Shown here one piece after another: positions 7,031 to 17,182 of a stretch of DNA of 35,309 nucleotides. A program made the translations under genes and the position numbers. Position 1 is the first letter of the stretch. Each line of letters begins with the position of its first letter. Under the pieces are notes generated by a model. That model did no database searches, had not been told where the DNA came from, and worked only from the letters and a program-made list of their open reading frames with translations. This DNA is from a virus (Duplodnaviria; Caudoviricetes): IMG/VR virus record IMGVR_UViG_3300029787_000163, positions 1 through 35,309 of that record; one strand, 5' to 3'.

Positions 7031-7169
7031 CTTTTACCTCCTGAGACCTTTTCATCCAAGTCTTATCTACAATCGTATGACAGCCACTGCATTGAATTAC
7101 ACAGCAGTCGTATCTATCATGCTCTATTACTTCTGCTATCAAATCAGAACCGCACTTCCTACAATTCAT
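7020..7169 (-). CDS. 49 aa zinc-ribbon micro-protein
   Basis: MNCRKCGSDL...IQCSGCHTI; GGAG SD. Confidence 0.75.
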   Translation of the reverse strand: MNCRKCGSDLIAEVIEHDRYDCCVIQCSGCHTIVDKTWMKRSQEVKDGN

Positions 7170-7300
7170 TTGTTATCTCCTTTTGATAATCTAAATATCT
7201 CAGATTCTACATATACTTGCAAATCCTGATGGGCATGATTCTTAAGAATCTCAACACACATTAACAGATACATCTTTCTGTCTACTAAGATTGTATCCAT
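7166..7300 (-). CDS. 44 aa hypothetical protein
   Basis: Fills the gap exactly with TAATG and ATGA overlaps. Confidence 0.6.
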   Translation of the reverse strand: MDTILVDRKMYLLMCVEILKNHAHQDLQVYVESEIFRLSKGDNK

Positions 7301-7677
7301 TAGAACATCCCTGCCCAAACAATGTTTTCTGCTATAAACTCAAACTCTTCCCAGTCATTGTTTGTAATATTGATATTCTTTTTGAAATCAGAAACAAAGT
7401 ACGACATCATATCTCGGAGTTGCTCTAACTGTTCTTGACATTCTTCTAAGGTGCCATACTTCATAGTGTATTCTAAGTTAGTGCCTTCCATACCACTTCT
7501 CCATTGGTCTATCTCATTATACAATTCATCTAAAAGAAATTCTAAATCAAAGAACTTTGCTTTTTCTTCATCAGTCAAAGAAGCAATATCTAATGACATC
7601 GATTTCTCAAGTTCCCTAGAAATTGCTTGAAGCCTTTGTCTACGACTCAAGACCTTTTCTCTTTTAAATCTACGCAT
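7300..7677 (-). CDS. Hypothetical acidic helical protein
   Basis: 125 aa ORF; GAGGTGA SD. Confidence 0.8.
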   Translation of the reverse strand: MRRFKREKVLSRRQRLQAISRELEKSMSLDIASLTDEEKAKFFDLEFLLDELYNEIDQWRSGMEGTNLEYTMKYGTLEECQEQLEQLRDMMSYFVSDFKKNINITNNDWEEFEFIAENIVWAGMF

Positions 7678-7765
7678 TGTTCACCTCTGGGCAGTCGCAG
7701 ATACGATAGCTGATAGGTAGCTTACGAAGGTCGTAAGCCTTGATTACTTCGCAGTTACAAGCCAT
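7670..7765 (-). CDS. 31 aa CxC...CxC micro-protein
   Basis: MACNCEVIKAYDLRKLPISYRICDCPEVNNA. Confidence 0.55.
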   Translation of the reverse strand: MACNCEVIKAYDLRKLPISYRICDCPEVNNA

Positions 7766-8272
7766 TTATTTATTTCTCCAGTTTGGCATCATCTCATCTA
7801 ACAACTTTTCTGTTTTTAATTGTTGTTCGTAAGCAGCCATTATCTGTTTTGCTTTTTCTGTTGCTTCATAAATCATTGCTCTGTCAAACTCAGCATCTGG
7901 AGTAGTCATAATTCCTTTGATGTCAACTACTGAGTCTAAGTTCTTTTTCTGATTATTTACTGTAGCTTTAGCTTCGTTGTATTCTTCTTCTGTAAATAAC
8001 TTAGGACCGCCATTGATTCTTACTTCTGGGAAGTGTGGGTCATGTCCTGAAGCTTTAAGAGTAGACATAAATTCAGATGTAAGATTTTTGTTGTTTGATA
8101 CAAAATCATTGAATTTGACAGTGTTATCATAAATACCAAATTTATCAAATTCTGATGTTGTCAAAAATTCTACATTTTCTGTTCTTGACCATCTTCCATA
8201 AAATCTTGTGTAAGACACTATGTTAAATGCGTTTTTGCTTGCCATTTTAGTTGTTGAGTTATTTTTGCTCAT
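7766..8272 (-). CDS. Hypothetical protein, first gene after promoter module 4
   Basis: 168 aa; ATG 21 nt from TATA 8293; begins MSKNNSTTK. Confidence 0.85.
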   Translation of the reverse strand: MSKNNSTTKMASKNAFNIVSYTRFYGRWSRTENVEFLTTSEFDKFGIYDNTVKFNDFVSNNKNLTSEFMSTLKASGHDPHFPEVRINGGPKLFTEEEYNEAKATVNNQKKNLDSVVDIKGIMTTPDAEFDRAMIYEATEKAKQIMAAYEQQLKTEKLLDEMMPNWRNK

Positions 8273-8371
8273 ACCATATTAGTAGATGGGGGATATATAA
8301 GCTTTTAGCATACATTTTGTGCTTAGCAGTTAGAATCCTAGCCTAATTTAGAATCCCGAAAGCATATATAA
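8273..8371. promoter_or_regulatory. Double-TATA promoter module 4
   Basis: TATA 8293-8300; TTTGTGCTTA 8316-8325; CCGAAAG-CATATATAA 8356-8371. Confidence 0.85.
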
Positions 8372-9454
8372 TTACAACTGCAACTGTCTTACAAAATCCT
8401 TCAGATTCAACTCTGGTTCACCCAGAGTTAATTTAGTTACCAATGTATCGCCTATTTCCGTCTCGTAAGCCACCACTGGTAGGATGACATTCTTTTCTAA
8501 CATAGGAACGTCTAACTGCACCAAATCGCCTAATCCTAGCCATTCTGCGTTGTGCATAGTTATTGCATAGCTTACTGTAGGTGTAGAAAATGCTTGTAAG
8601 GTTTCATACGCTGTGTTTTCTAAGATGCCTCTGTTAGTAGTATCTAAAGTAATTAGTGTAGAACTTGGGCCATATTGATTGATACTGCTTTCGTCATTTA
8701 AAGTAACAAAGATATTTGTGTCAGCTTTACTTTGAGCAGTTACTGAATTAAATAATCTAGTTGTATCAATCTGTGCTACAATTCCTTGACCAGTTATGTT
8801 AGCATCATCTTCTGATATTTTAAGAACAGCTTGTGCTGCTTTGCTCTTATGGTCTGCTAAATACAAATCAAACTTGTTGCCTGAACGGATTGCATATCTA
8901 TATCGTAAGAAATCCGTAGCTTCATGAAAGTCATCATCGTAAGACCGAATCATAAAGTCCATACATTTATCAATAAAGTCTTTGCGTTTTTGTAAGCCTG
9001 CTAAATTCATATCTGCGTTAGCTATAAGGCCCGAACCACCAAGTGCGTCTGATATGTCTATGTCTCTGTAGTCTGCTGCATCGGTTACTAAGAAATACAA
9101 ATCTTGACCTACAATGTCTGATTGTTTAAAGTCTCTAAATTCAGATGTAGCTAGCGAAGTGATTCTATCCATAGCAACAATCGTATGTGTTTGATTGCTA
9201 GGCTTTATAACTTTAATTATACCCTCAAATTCAAGATTGTGTATTGTATCTCCTCTACCAATATTTATCTTAAGAACTCCGCCAAGTCTAGCTTTCTGTA
9301 AAGATTCTCTATCTGAGATTTGTATGGTTACTGAACGAGGTTCGTTTACTGTAGCCTTGTACAATACTTTACTAATCGTGAGAAACTGATTACCGTCTAT
9401 TGTAGCTTCTATTTCTACTTGGTCAGCAAGCTGGTCTGAAGTAGTTAAACTCAT
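8372..9454 (-). CDS. Baseplate hub / tail-tip (Tal/gp27-like) protein
   Basis: DESSINQYG and LGLGDLVQL motifs typical of hub proteins; last gene of tail operon. Confidence 0.7.
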   Translation of the reverse strand: MSLTTSDQLADQVEIEATIDGNQFLTISKVLYKATVNEPRSVTIQISDRESLQKARLGGVLKINIGRGDTIHNLEFEGIIKVIKPSNQTHTIVAMDRITSLATSEFRDFKQSDIVGQDLYFLVTDAADYRDIDISDALGGSGLIANADMNLAGLQKRKDFIDKCMDFMIRSYDDDFHEATDFLRYRYAIRSGNKFDLYLADHKSKAAQAVLKISEDDANITGQGIVAQIDTTRLFNSVTAQSKADTNIFVTLNDESSINQYGPSSTLITLDTTNRGILENTAYETLQAFSTPTVSYAITMHNAEWLGLGDLVQLDVPMLEKNVILPVVAYETEIGDTLVTKLTLGEPELNLKDFVRQLQL

Positions 9455-12400
9455 TAAGTTACATCCTCACCAAGTATTACAAAGTTTAGATTTGCTAAAT
9501 ACACATTAGGGTCTGTTGTATCTTTTGTAAGATTACCAGATTCTAATCGCATTCGCAATGTTCTATAAGATGTAGTTGGCGAGTCTAACTTTTTACTATC
9601 TAAGAAAACATAATCATACCTGTTACCTTCGACCAAACTAAACAACGCTCTGTATCCTGTTTGGTCAAGTGCTTTGGCTTGCACTGTAACTTTAGGAATA
9701 CCTAATTTAGTTCTAGTAACACCAACTGGATAACGCCTGATTCCTAACGGCATCTGTGCAGTTATTCCGCCACTTCTTGCAATAGCTACTTTTTCGATTG
9801 CAATATTGCTAGCGTCAGCCAACGTATCTAAATCCAAAGTTTCAGGAGCAACTGCTCGTATTTCTACGTCATCTTCTGACCAATGAAAACTTAATGAATG
9901 ATTGTTAGTTGTAGTTCCTTTGTTAGTTGCATCAAAGCGTGTTGTTTCATTGTCAAACACTGCCATGTAAAATCTTACAGCGTCATCATTTCCTGCTGAA
10001 TTATGAATTGCAGCCGTAATACTTGGTTTAGATGTAGAGTCATGTCTTAAGATTTCTACATTGGTTTCATCAGTATCTGCAACTAGTGTGGTAGATACAT
10101 AACTTCTTTCATCGGCAGTCAAATTTGCAGGATTTGTTTCAATATTTATTTCATTATAAAAATCACCACTTTTGTTAAATGATGCAATCTTATAAAATTT
10201 AGGAGATAAAAATGTACCATTGTCTGAGGTAGATGATGCAACTTTAATTATATCACCAACATAAAATCCATTATCCATCCAACAATTCTGGTCACTTGAT
10301 GACCTTAAAGTATCTATATTTCCTGTAATGTTAATTACTCCTGCTGCTGTAAAATTAATATTTGTACCAATCACTCTAGCATATCCGCCCCACTTATATC
10401 TGTTAGCAGTTCTGTATTCAAATATTTCAGTACCGTTTGCGTGTTCTGTCGGAGTTGTGCCGTTGTAACCTCTCATGACTAAAAAGTCATTACCATCTTC
10501 AACGTGAATAAACATATCTTCACTACCTACTTTTATGATGTCAGGTTGTTTGATTTCATTATCATCAGTTGTTGCATGAGTCATAATCTCATCATCTGCT
10601 GCAAACGGACTTTCATTTACTGTAGTGTTTGCATTTGGTAAACTAGCAGTAGTATTACTTGTGTAAAACAAGTTAGTATTAATATTTTGATTTGGACTTT
10701 CGTTTGTAACTAAAATATATCTTCTGCAACTAAATATGGTATTATCCTCGTTAGCAGCTTTTGTTGTACATACTACACATTCTATTTCTTTAAAGAATAC
10801 AGCGTTGCCTGCTGCGTCTACTGCCGCTGCTCCTATGTTGGGTCTTGCATCTATATCAAAAGCTAAAGGTGAAGCTGTAGCTGAAGTGTAAGCATAATGG
10901 TCAAAGTTAGTATTATCGGTATCAGCAACACCTACGCCGTCACTTCTAAAAGAAGCTAAACCAAATATCTTGAACACAGTGTCATCATTGTCAACTGCCG
11001 ACAATGCACCTATCTTGACCTGTTTACTACCATCGTCAAATACAGTATTATCATTGTCTAGAGCATTAGAAGTACAGATTGTGTTTGTCAAATCAGTTGG
11101 TGCATATCCCCAACCGTAGTGCTGTATAACTTTATCAGAACCGCTAGTTCTAGATTGCTGTCCTGACAATGTGATTGCTGTAGTTCTGTCGCCATATTTT
11201 GCTTGAGTAACTTTAGTTGTTGATGGTGAAAGTATAGCTGTTGGCAACCCTACTTTTACGTCAGGCTGTTCTCCTGTAATATTGCCTTTATCAGACCTAA
11301 ATCCATTCTCATCTTCTACTTGTACCTTTACAACTTTAGCACCTGATGTGTGATACACATGACTAACAACAACGTTTGAAGAATTATCAAGCACGGGACT
11401 TAAGTCTTGCATTTCATAAACTGCATAATCTTCATCTGTATCGCTAGTGCCTGAGTCCCAGTTTACCCGTATCTTAGTAAACTTGTTTCCTGTAGAGGCA
11501 GCACTTACAGCAGAATTAGTTACCTTAAGATACAGCTTTTGTCCTATAGTAGCATTCTCTTTTCCTGAACCTAAAGCAGAAGAAAGAGCTGAGTCTGTGT
11601 GTAATACTGCTGCGTTTATTGCAGGTCTAAATAATACAATTTCATTACCAGCTATTGCTGCTGTGTCTTCATGTTCATCATTTTCTGTAAATACTCTTAC
11701 AAACTTGTTTGCACCTTGAGTTAAAGTAGCAACGGATGACATTGGCACAATTTCAGTAGCTCCTAAGTTTGGAGTTGCTTGTCCAAAATCTTCACTAGCT
11801 GTTGCACTTATTCCTGCCGAGCCTGCACTCTCAAGATAGTATTTGTTTATTGAATTATCATTAGGTAAAGTTACACTAAGATTGGCAGATAAACCATCAG
11901 CAGTAATTGCAGAACTTAAAGTAGCAGAATCAGGGTCAGCTTCTTGCGTTATTACTTGTATTGAACTGTCGCTTACATCAATAGTATCTGTACTACCACT
12001 GCCATCTTGATAAACAACTACATTAATTGTTTGACCAAAATCATATCCCATGCGTTTGATATCATCTCTTGTTATATCAAAATTTTGTACTCCTGATGAA
12101 CTTGTTATTTCATTTTCAAAACGCATTCCATCTACACAAATAGGCACTGTGTGTGAAGCATCTATATGTGCTGGATTAGCAGGATTCCATTTAATGTTAG
12201 ATGAATTGCCTTCTCGATTAGGTGTGCTATAAGTTAATTCCTCATAATCGATAGAACTAGCAAAACTAGCACTTAGTGGAAATACAAAAATAAGGTTTGA
12301 ATTTGCAACTGAAAAATCTAAACGTAATCTCACTTTGTGCAAAAAAGCTTTGTCTGAAACAGGAAGCGTATCTTTAGCTGGTATTTGTATTTTTATAAAT

Positions 12401-12534
12401 CCACAACGTGTAGCGCCTGCTGTAGATTGCAATACAATATCGCCTCCTATAGCGTTAGTATCTGCTGCTGCACTATTTACTGCCGCAACATCTGAAGCCG
12501 ATTGAAAACTAGTAACATCATGAGCTATTGCCAT
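9454..12534 (-). CDS. Large multidomain tail/baseplate protein (PKD/Ig-like domain; possible distal-tail C-terminus)
   Basis: 1026 aa beta-rich; SHVYHTSGAKVVKVQVEDENG PKD-like motif; between tape measure and hub. Confidence 0.6.
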   Translation of the reverse strand: MAIAHDVTSFQSASDVAAVNSAAADTNAIGGDIVLQSTAGATRCGFIKIQIPAKDTLPVSDKAFLHKVRLRLDFSVANSNLIFVFPLSASFASSIDYEELTYSTPNREGNSSNIKWNPANPAHIDASHTVPICVDGMRFENEITSSSGVQNFDITRDDIKRMGYDFGQTINVVVYQDGSGSTDTIDVSDSSIQVITQEADPDSATLSSAITADGLSANLSVTLPNDNSINKYYLESAGSAGISATASEDFGQATPNLGATEIVPMSSVATLTQGANKFVRVFTENDEHEDTAAIAGNEIVLFRPAINAAVLHTDSALSSALGSGKENATIGQKLYLKVTNSAVSAASTGNKFTKIRVNWDSGTSDTDEDYAVYEMQDLSPVLDNSSNVVVSHVYHTSGAKVVKVQVEDENGFRSDKGNITGEQPDVKVGLPTAILSPSTTKVTQAKYGDRTTAITLSGQQSRTSGSDKVIQHYGWGYAPTDLTNTICTSNALDNDNTVFDDGSKQVKIGALSAVDNDDTVFKIFGLASFRSDGVGVADTDNTNFDHYAYTSATASPLAFDIDARPNIGAAAVDAAGNAVFFKEIECVVCTTKAANEDNTIFSCRRYILVTNESPNQNINTNLFYTSNTTASLPNANTTVNESPFAADDEIMTHATTDDNEIKQPDIIKVGSEDMFIHVEDGNDFLVMRGYNGTTPTEHANGTEIFEYRTANRYKWGGYARVIGTNINFTAAGVINITGNIDTLRSSSDQNCWMDNGFYVGDIIKVASSTSDNGTFLSPKFYKIASFNKSGDFYNEINIETNPANLTADERSYVSTTLVADTDETNVEILRHDSTSKPSITAAIHNSAGNDDAVRFYMAVFDNETTRFDATNKGTTTNNHSLSFHWSEDDVEIRAVAPETLDLDTLADASNIAIEKVAIARSGGITAQMPLGIRRYPVGVTRTKLGIPKVTVQAKALDQTGYRALFSLVEGNRYDYVFLDSKKLDSPTTSYRTLRMRLESGNLTKDTTDPNVYLANLNFVILGEDVT

Positions 12535-13208
12535 TATCTACCTCCCAGCGTATTTAGAACACCACTAACAGGCCCAAACGCTAAAGCATCGCCTAACTCT
12601 GCGGCAGATGCAGTTGCACCCTTAAGTGAACCGTCTACTCTTTCTATTAAATCTGCTAACATTTCAAAACCACCTCTTAAGCCTTCAACTGCTCTGGTTA
12701 CCAATCCAAACTTAGCTTCTAGTGCTATTAATGCCAATACAAGTAAAATTACACCCATAACAATCATAGCAACTGGATTTGCTTTCATTGCTAAATTTAA
12801 TTTAGTCTGTGCAGTTGTCAACATACCAGTTACACTTATTTGACCAATCTTAGCTTTAATATCTGCCAAACTTACTACAGTCATTATTTTTTGTGTCGCT
12901 ATAATTATTTCCATTGGTCCAGCAAGAAGTTCAAAAGCAAACCTTACTTTCATATATGACTTAGCTTGTTCTTCATTAATAAAATTTAATTCTTGAGCTG
13001 CTGTAACAGTCTTAGCATAACCGCCAGATATTTGATTTAAACTACTAACTAAAGCTTCTTGGGCTGCAAGTGATTCTAAAGTTTTTAAACTTGATTGTTC
13101 AGTCTGCTCTTCAAACTCTTTAGTTTTTTTAGTTGCCTTTTCTAAGCCTTCTTCAAGACCTCTAGTGTATGCTTCTAACACAATACCTAATTCATCTACT
13201 ACTGCCAT
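12534..13208 (-). CDS. Short tape measure protein
   Basis: AQTKLNLAMKANPVAMIVMGVILLVLALI motif typical of TMPs; follows tail tube and chaperone. Confidence 0.8.
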   Translation of the reverse strand: MAVVDELGIVLEAYTRGLEEGLEKATKKTKEFEEQTEQSSLKTLESLAAQEALVSSLNQISGGYAKTVTAAQELNFINEEQAKSYMKVRFAFELLAGPMEIIIATQKIMTVVSLADIKAKIGQISVTGMLTTAQTKLNLAMKANPVAMIVMGVILLVLALIALEAKFGLVTRAVEGLRGGFEMLADLIERVDGSLKGATASAAELGDALAFGPVSGVLNTLGGR

Positions 13209-13780
13209 TATACTCCCATTTCCATTTTAACTTCTTTTTGCATTTGATTTAATTCTTCTAATCTTTCTTGATTTATCTTGTGAGCTATTGTAGCTTTCTC
13301 AGAAGTTAAAGTGCTTACATAAGAAAGTAAAGTATCTCTGTCATAATCATCTAAAGCATCTATCAATAATCTAACATCTTCGTAATTTAGTTTTGGTTCT
13401 TCTATCATCAGTTCTAACATCGCTGTATAGATTGGCATAGATTTACTATGAGCGTTATTTAAAACACGCATTTCTTTAGCACTCAAAGTCAAGCCTTTGT
13501 CATTTTTATCATACAATTTACGAAGCATGGGTAAATCTTTAGCCATGCCTTCCTTAGTTTGCCAAAACCTCTCGTTAATACTTCTCCACTCTTCTTCAGA
13601 TAATCTACGCAACACAATCATGGGCTTCTGCTCTACTTCTCTAAGACCAAACCACACCTTCTTCTTAGGCATAAACTTAGCTACAGATGGTAAGAATACT
13701 TCTTTACGCTGCCAATACTCCTCTCGGATATGACTCATGTCAATTAGGGGCGTGTCGATTTGACCTTTGACCTTTACCAT
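13208..13780 (-). CDS. Putative tail assembly chaperone
   Basis: Between tail tube and TMP; IVLRRLSEEEW pattern. Confidence 0.6.
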   Translation of the reverse strand: MVKVKGQIDTPLIDMSHIREEYWQRKEVFLPSVAKFMPKKKVWFGLREVEQKPMIVLRRLSEEEWRSINERFWQTKEGMAKDLPMLRKLYDKNDKGLTLSAKEMRVLNNAHSKSMPIYTAMLELMIEEPKLNYEDVRLLIDALDDYDRDTLLSYVSTLTSEKATIAHKINQERLEELNQMQKEVKMEMGV

Positions 13781-13788
13781 TTACCTAC

Positions 13789-15123
13789 CTAAGTTGTGTT
13801 AAGTGTCCAATCTGCCGATATTGCAAATGCACTGAAGTTCTTGTAATCGCCTGCTCCTCGGAACTTGATTGTCATTGTATCTACTATTTCACCTGCTCCA
13901 GACATTGGCCTAGAGAAAGCTGTGATTGTTCCGTTAGTTAAAGCGATAGAACCGTAAGTTGCACCAAAGTCTAACCTAATCAAAGGTATAGTTGCTCCAG
14001 ATACATATTTGTCATAGAATGTTTCGTCTTCAGCAGTCATTGATATTTCTAATGTAACGTCTGCTAAACCTCTGCTAATTTTATTGTTTGCTAAAAACTT
14101 AGTAACTGAGTTTCTAGTACTTGTTCCAGAAATAGGAACGTTGTTATTCTTAATCATTAGCTTAACTGTTTTAAGATTATCAAAAGATGTAGTCATGTTA
14201 TCTACTGCAAAGATTTCAGATGATGCATTTTCAACATTGTAAATACCTTTTAACAAATCAACAGAACTTACTGAGCTACCGCCACGAGTACAAGTAAATC
14301 CTGTTGCAGCATGAATTATATCTTTTACACCTTCTGTAGTATTTTGAGTATTTGTTGCTGAAGCTAATTCTATAACACCATCAGAGTGTGCATCTGATAA
14401 AGTGTCTTCTGCTGAGAATACCCTCATAAACTTTTCACCTACTTCTATATAACTTGCAGCGGGTCCATCTATGACTAACTTATTGGTAGCCGCAGCTAAG
14501 CCTGCTGAAACTGTTAAGTCAGTTGGTAACAAAGGGTCGGCACTTGGTGCAGATGGAAAAGTAGAAGATGAATAATTTACATTAATAAATTCATCAGATT
14601 CTGTTAGATTTGCATCGCCATCACCGTCTTCTGTAAAGAAACCAGTGCATAATGCATCTACTGTAATATAACCGCCAGTAGTGTAATCTGCTTCTAGAGT
14701 AACTTCATTTGGTACTACCCCAGATACTGCTGTAAACTCATTGTTGGAATTATCTCTAACAAGTAATGCCATACTGTCTACAGTATTTGTTAATGCGTGT
14801 GGAACAGGTGGACTTACTCCTGTGCCTGTTGTACCGCCAATCGCTCTGCCAATTAGTTCTTGCCATCCTGTGCTAGTACCTTGACAGGCTACTTTTATTG
14901 GTACATTAACTGCAATCGGCCCGCCTGCATGAAAGCTCTCTGTAGATTGTCCTATTGACGCTACAGGAGTTATGTTCATCTCAACAGACCTTGGGTCAAA
15001 TGTATCCAATAATCCTAAGTGTACCAATGCTGCGTTAGGTGTTGGGTCTCCGTATGAATCTCCTGCACCTGCTGTTCTTTCAGCTTGGAATGCTGCTTCT
15101 ATGTTCTGTGTTAGTTTTACCAT
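13789..15123 (-). CDS. Major tail tube protein, probably with an inserted domain
   Basis: N-terminal E..GDSYGDP, C-terminal VTLEISM...GEIVDTMTIKF tube-like strands; position. Confidence 0.75.
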   Translation of the reverse strand: MVKLTQNIEAAFQAERTAGAGDSYGDPTPNAALVHLGLLDTFDPRSVEMNITPVASIGQSTESFHAGGPIAVNVPIKVACQGTSTGWQELIGRAIGGTTGTGVSPPVPHALTNTVDSMALLVRDNSNNEFTAVSGVVPNEVTLEADYTTGGYITVDALCTGFFTEDGDGDANLTESDEFINVNYSSSTFPSAPSADPLLPTDLTVSAGLAAATNKLVIDGPAASYIEVGEKFMRVFSAEDTLSDAHSDGVIELASATNTQNTTEGVKDIIHAATGFTCTRGGSSVSSVDLLKGIYNVENASSEIFAVDNMTTSFDNLKTVKLMIKNNNVPISGTSTRNSVTKFLANNKISRGLADVTLEISMTAEDETFYDKYVSGATIPLIRLDFGATYGSIALTNGTITAFSRPMSGAGEIVDTMTIKFRGAGDYKNFSAFAISADWTLNTT

Positions 15124-15584
15124 TATACCACCGCCTCGTAACTTGTGATTTCACAATCGAGAACGTAACGAAACCAGCGTCTATTCTTATCTGACTGGTC
15201 TACTCTAGAAAGCAGTTTTACATCTGCATAATCAGTGCTTAAAGCTGTAGAACTGTTGCCTGCTCTTGCACCTCTTATAATACTTACAACTCCTGAGTAT
15301 AGTTTTCTAAGTCTTGACCTACTTACCGCTGTGGATATATCAATAGAAACTCTTGCAGTTCCTTTGTCTACTCCATCTCCTATACCTAAAAAGTCGTGAT
15401 TTGCTGCTACTTCATAACAGCGTATTAAGTCTCCATTCTTTAAATTTGTTTTACCTAAATCCCAAGATTCATCTATTGTTGGTGTTGTAGAATCTACACT
15501 GGATGCAACCTGTGCCCAGTTGTCAGATAATACAGATACTACTGTACTTACAGGGTCATTGACTGATGCGTAAGTAACAGCCAT
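15123..15584 (-). CDS. Putative tail terminator/completion protein
   Basis: 153 aa immediately upstream of tail tube; VSIDI...FRYVLDCEI strands. Confidence 0.6.
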   Translation of the reverse strand: MAVTYASVNDPVSTVVSVLSDNWAQVASSVDSTTPTIDESWDLGKTNLKNGDLIRCYEVAANHDFLGIGDGVDKGTARVSIDISTAVSRSRLRKLYSGVVSIIRGARAGNSSTALSTDYADVKLLSRVDQSDKNRRWFRYVLDCEITSYEAVV

Positions 15585-16339
15585 TAGTAATCTGCGTTAA
15601 CCCTCCCAATACCAAAGCCACCAATACCTGTTGCCATTGCAAGCTTACGGTCAAGATGTCCACCATCTTTTAGAATCTTCATACCCATATCTTCAAACTT
15701 TTGAGACCTAGTAGAATTATCCATAGAATCATCACCTTCTTGCATGAGATTCAAATCATCGTTCATTGCAATAATAGATGCTGTAAAATAAATGGTAGCT
15801 AGTTTAATGTCATCTGGAGTGTTTGCCTCTCCATATTTGTAACTGACATAACCGTCAACACCAGATGGACTACTGTTTACCATATTAAATGTTGAGTAGT
15901 TCTCAATGTATATTAATCCTCTCTCTGTGTCGGCCCACATATCTTTGCCTACTACATCTGTAACAGAAGTTCCAAGAACTTTGCTCTCATCTGAATCTAA
16001 GTAATCTTGATACTTGCTGCCATTCCAAATCTTAACGTTACCATTTGTGTTAGTAAAATTTGGTGTAGCATTCTGTGAAAAACTTAGGATAGGAAAATGT
16101 TCTAATTGTATTCTACCTCTAGTGTTTACTACATTTGACCTAACTTTCTGAATCCTAACTCTTTCATCTGTAACTTCCTTAGCTCTAGCAGTTGCCCATG
16201 CATGGTCTGTTAGTTCATCAACTCTAGCCTCTGACATTGCAATGTAATTATCTACATCACCATCTGCTGGTGTAGTTGAACCACTAAAGTCTGCTACTTG
16301 TAAAAAAGCAGACACGTCGTTTCTTACACAGTAAACCAT
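15584..16339 (-). CDS. Head-tail adaptor (SPP1 gp15/HK97 gp6-like)
   Basis: N-terminal YC...DV, VSYKYG...PDDIKLATI motif. Confidence 0.8.
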   Translation of the reverse strand: MVYCVRNDVSAFLQVADFSGSTTPADGDVDNYIAMSEARVDELTDHAWATARAKEVTDERVRIQKVRSNVVNTRGRIQLEHFPILSFSQNATPNFTNTNGNVKIWNGSKYQDYLDSDESKVLGTSVTDVVGKDMWADTERGLIYIENYSTFNMVNSSPSGVDGYVSYKYGEANTPDDIKLATIYFTASIIAMNDDLNLMQEGDDSMDNSTRSQKFEDMGMKILKDGGHLDRKLAMATGIGGFGIGRVNADY

Positions 16340-17112
16340 TAGAGTATCCTACTCAACGCTGTGTTCATCAACTTCTCGCCTGTAGTTGCTACAACCATTC
16401 CGTTAAAATCTATAGGTTGTCCTGCCATGTTCCAGCCAATTGCTCCAACTGGTAATGTTGTGTATCCTTGTTGTGTTGCCAATGGTGGAGGGCCTCCGCC
16501 ATTTGCTGTATAATATTGTTCTCCGTTAGATAATGAATCTATTTGTGGAGGTGGCATTTGCCAAGCTTGAGGTGCTGCTGCGGCACCTGTTCCTACTCCA
16601 AACCAAGTCCAAGGTTTAAACATACTTGCTGAACCTTGCATCGGCATTTGCTGCCCATACGGATTCATTTGTTGTTGATATGGATTTACTTGTTGTTGGG
16701 TTACGGCAGGAGCTTGTTGGAGTTGACCATCGCTTCCATATGGATTCTGCCAATTCAATACGCTATGATGTGCATTGTCCTCTGTGGCCCACTCCTCATG
16801 CAAGGTGAGACGAGCATTAAGCTCCTCCGCAGCCTCATCACCGTACATAGTTCTTGGATGCCAGTCAATTTGTGTATTGTAAACTGTCTTCAAAAACTCC
16901 ATGTTATCTTTTAAATCAGTAGGAACTTGCACGTCAGTCTCCTTACATAATCCTTCTAGCATCTCACTACAATTCTTCAAAACTGGATACAAATACTGTA
17001 CCAATCTCATTGTAGTATTTTCTGCTGCCTTCGCATCGTAATCTGGATGCTGTATCTTATCTACCGCTACAGGATTCAAATATCCTGATGGGCTTCCTGC
17101 ATATCCGCTCAT
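16339..17112 (-). CDS. Gln/Pro-rich low-complexity protein (ATG 17112 preferred to TTG 17124)
   Basis: NPYQQQMNPYGQQM repeats; GGAGG upstream of ATG 17112. Confidence 0.75.
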   Translation of the reverse strand: MSGYAGSPSGYLNPVAVDKIQHPDYDAKAAENTTMRLVQYLYPVLKNCSEMLEGLCKETDVQVPTDLKDNMEFLKTVYNTQIDWHPRTMYGDEAAEELNARLTLHEEWATEDNAHHSVLNWQNPYGSDGQLQQAPAVTQQQVNPYQQQMNPYGQQMPMQGSASMFKPWTWFGVGTGAAAAPQAWQMPPPQIDSLSNGEQYYTANGGGPPPLATQQGYTTLPVGAIGWNMAGQPIDFNGMVVATTGEKLMNTALSRIL

Positions 17113-17182
17113 ATCTTCCTCCAATATATTTCGTGTATCACTCCGTCAATCGTAAGTGAATAACCGTAAGTTTGTGGTACGT

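Noticed and set aside
13208-13260. Programmed frameshift in the tail chaperone (lambda G/GT type)
   Set aside because: No X XXY YYZ heptamer near the end and no room for a second ORF before the tape measure start.
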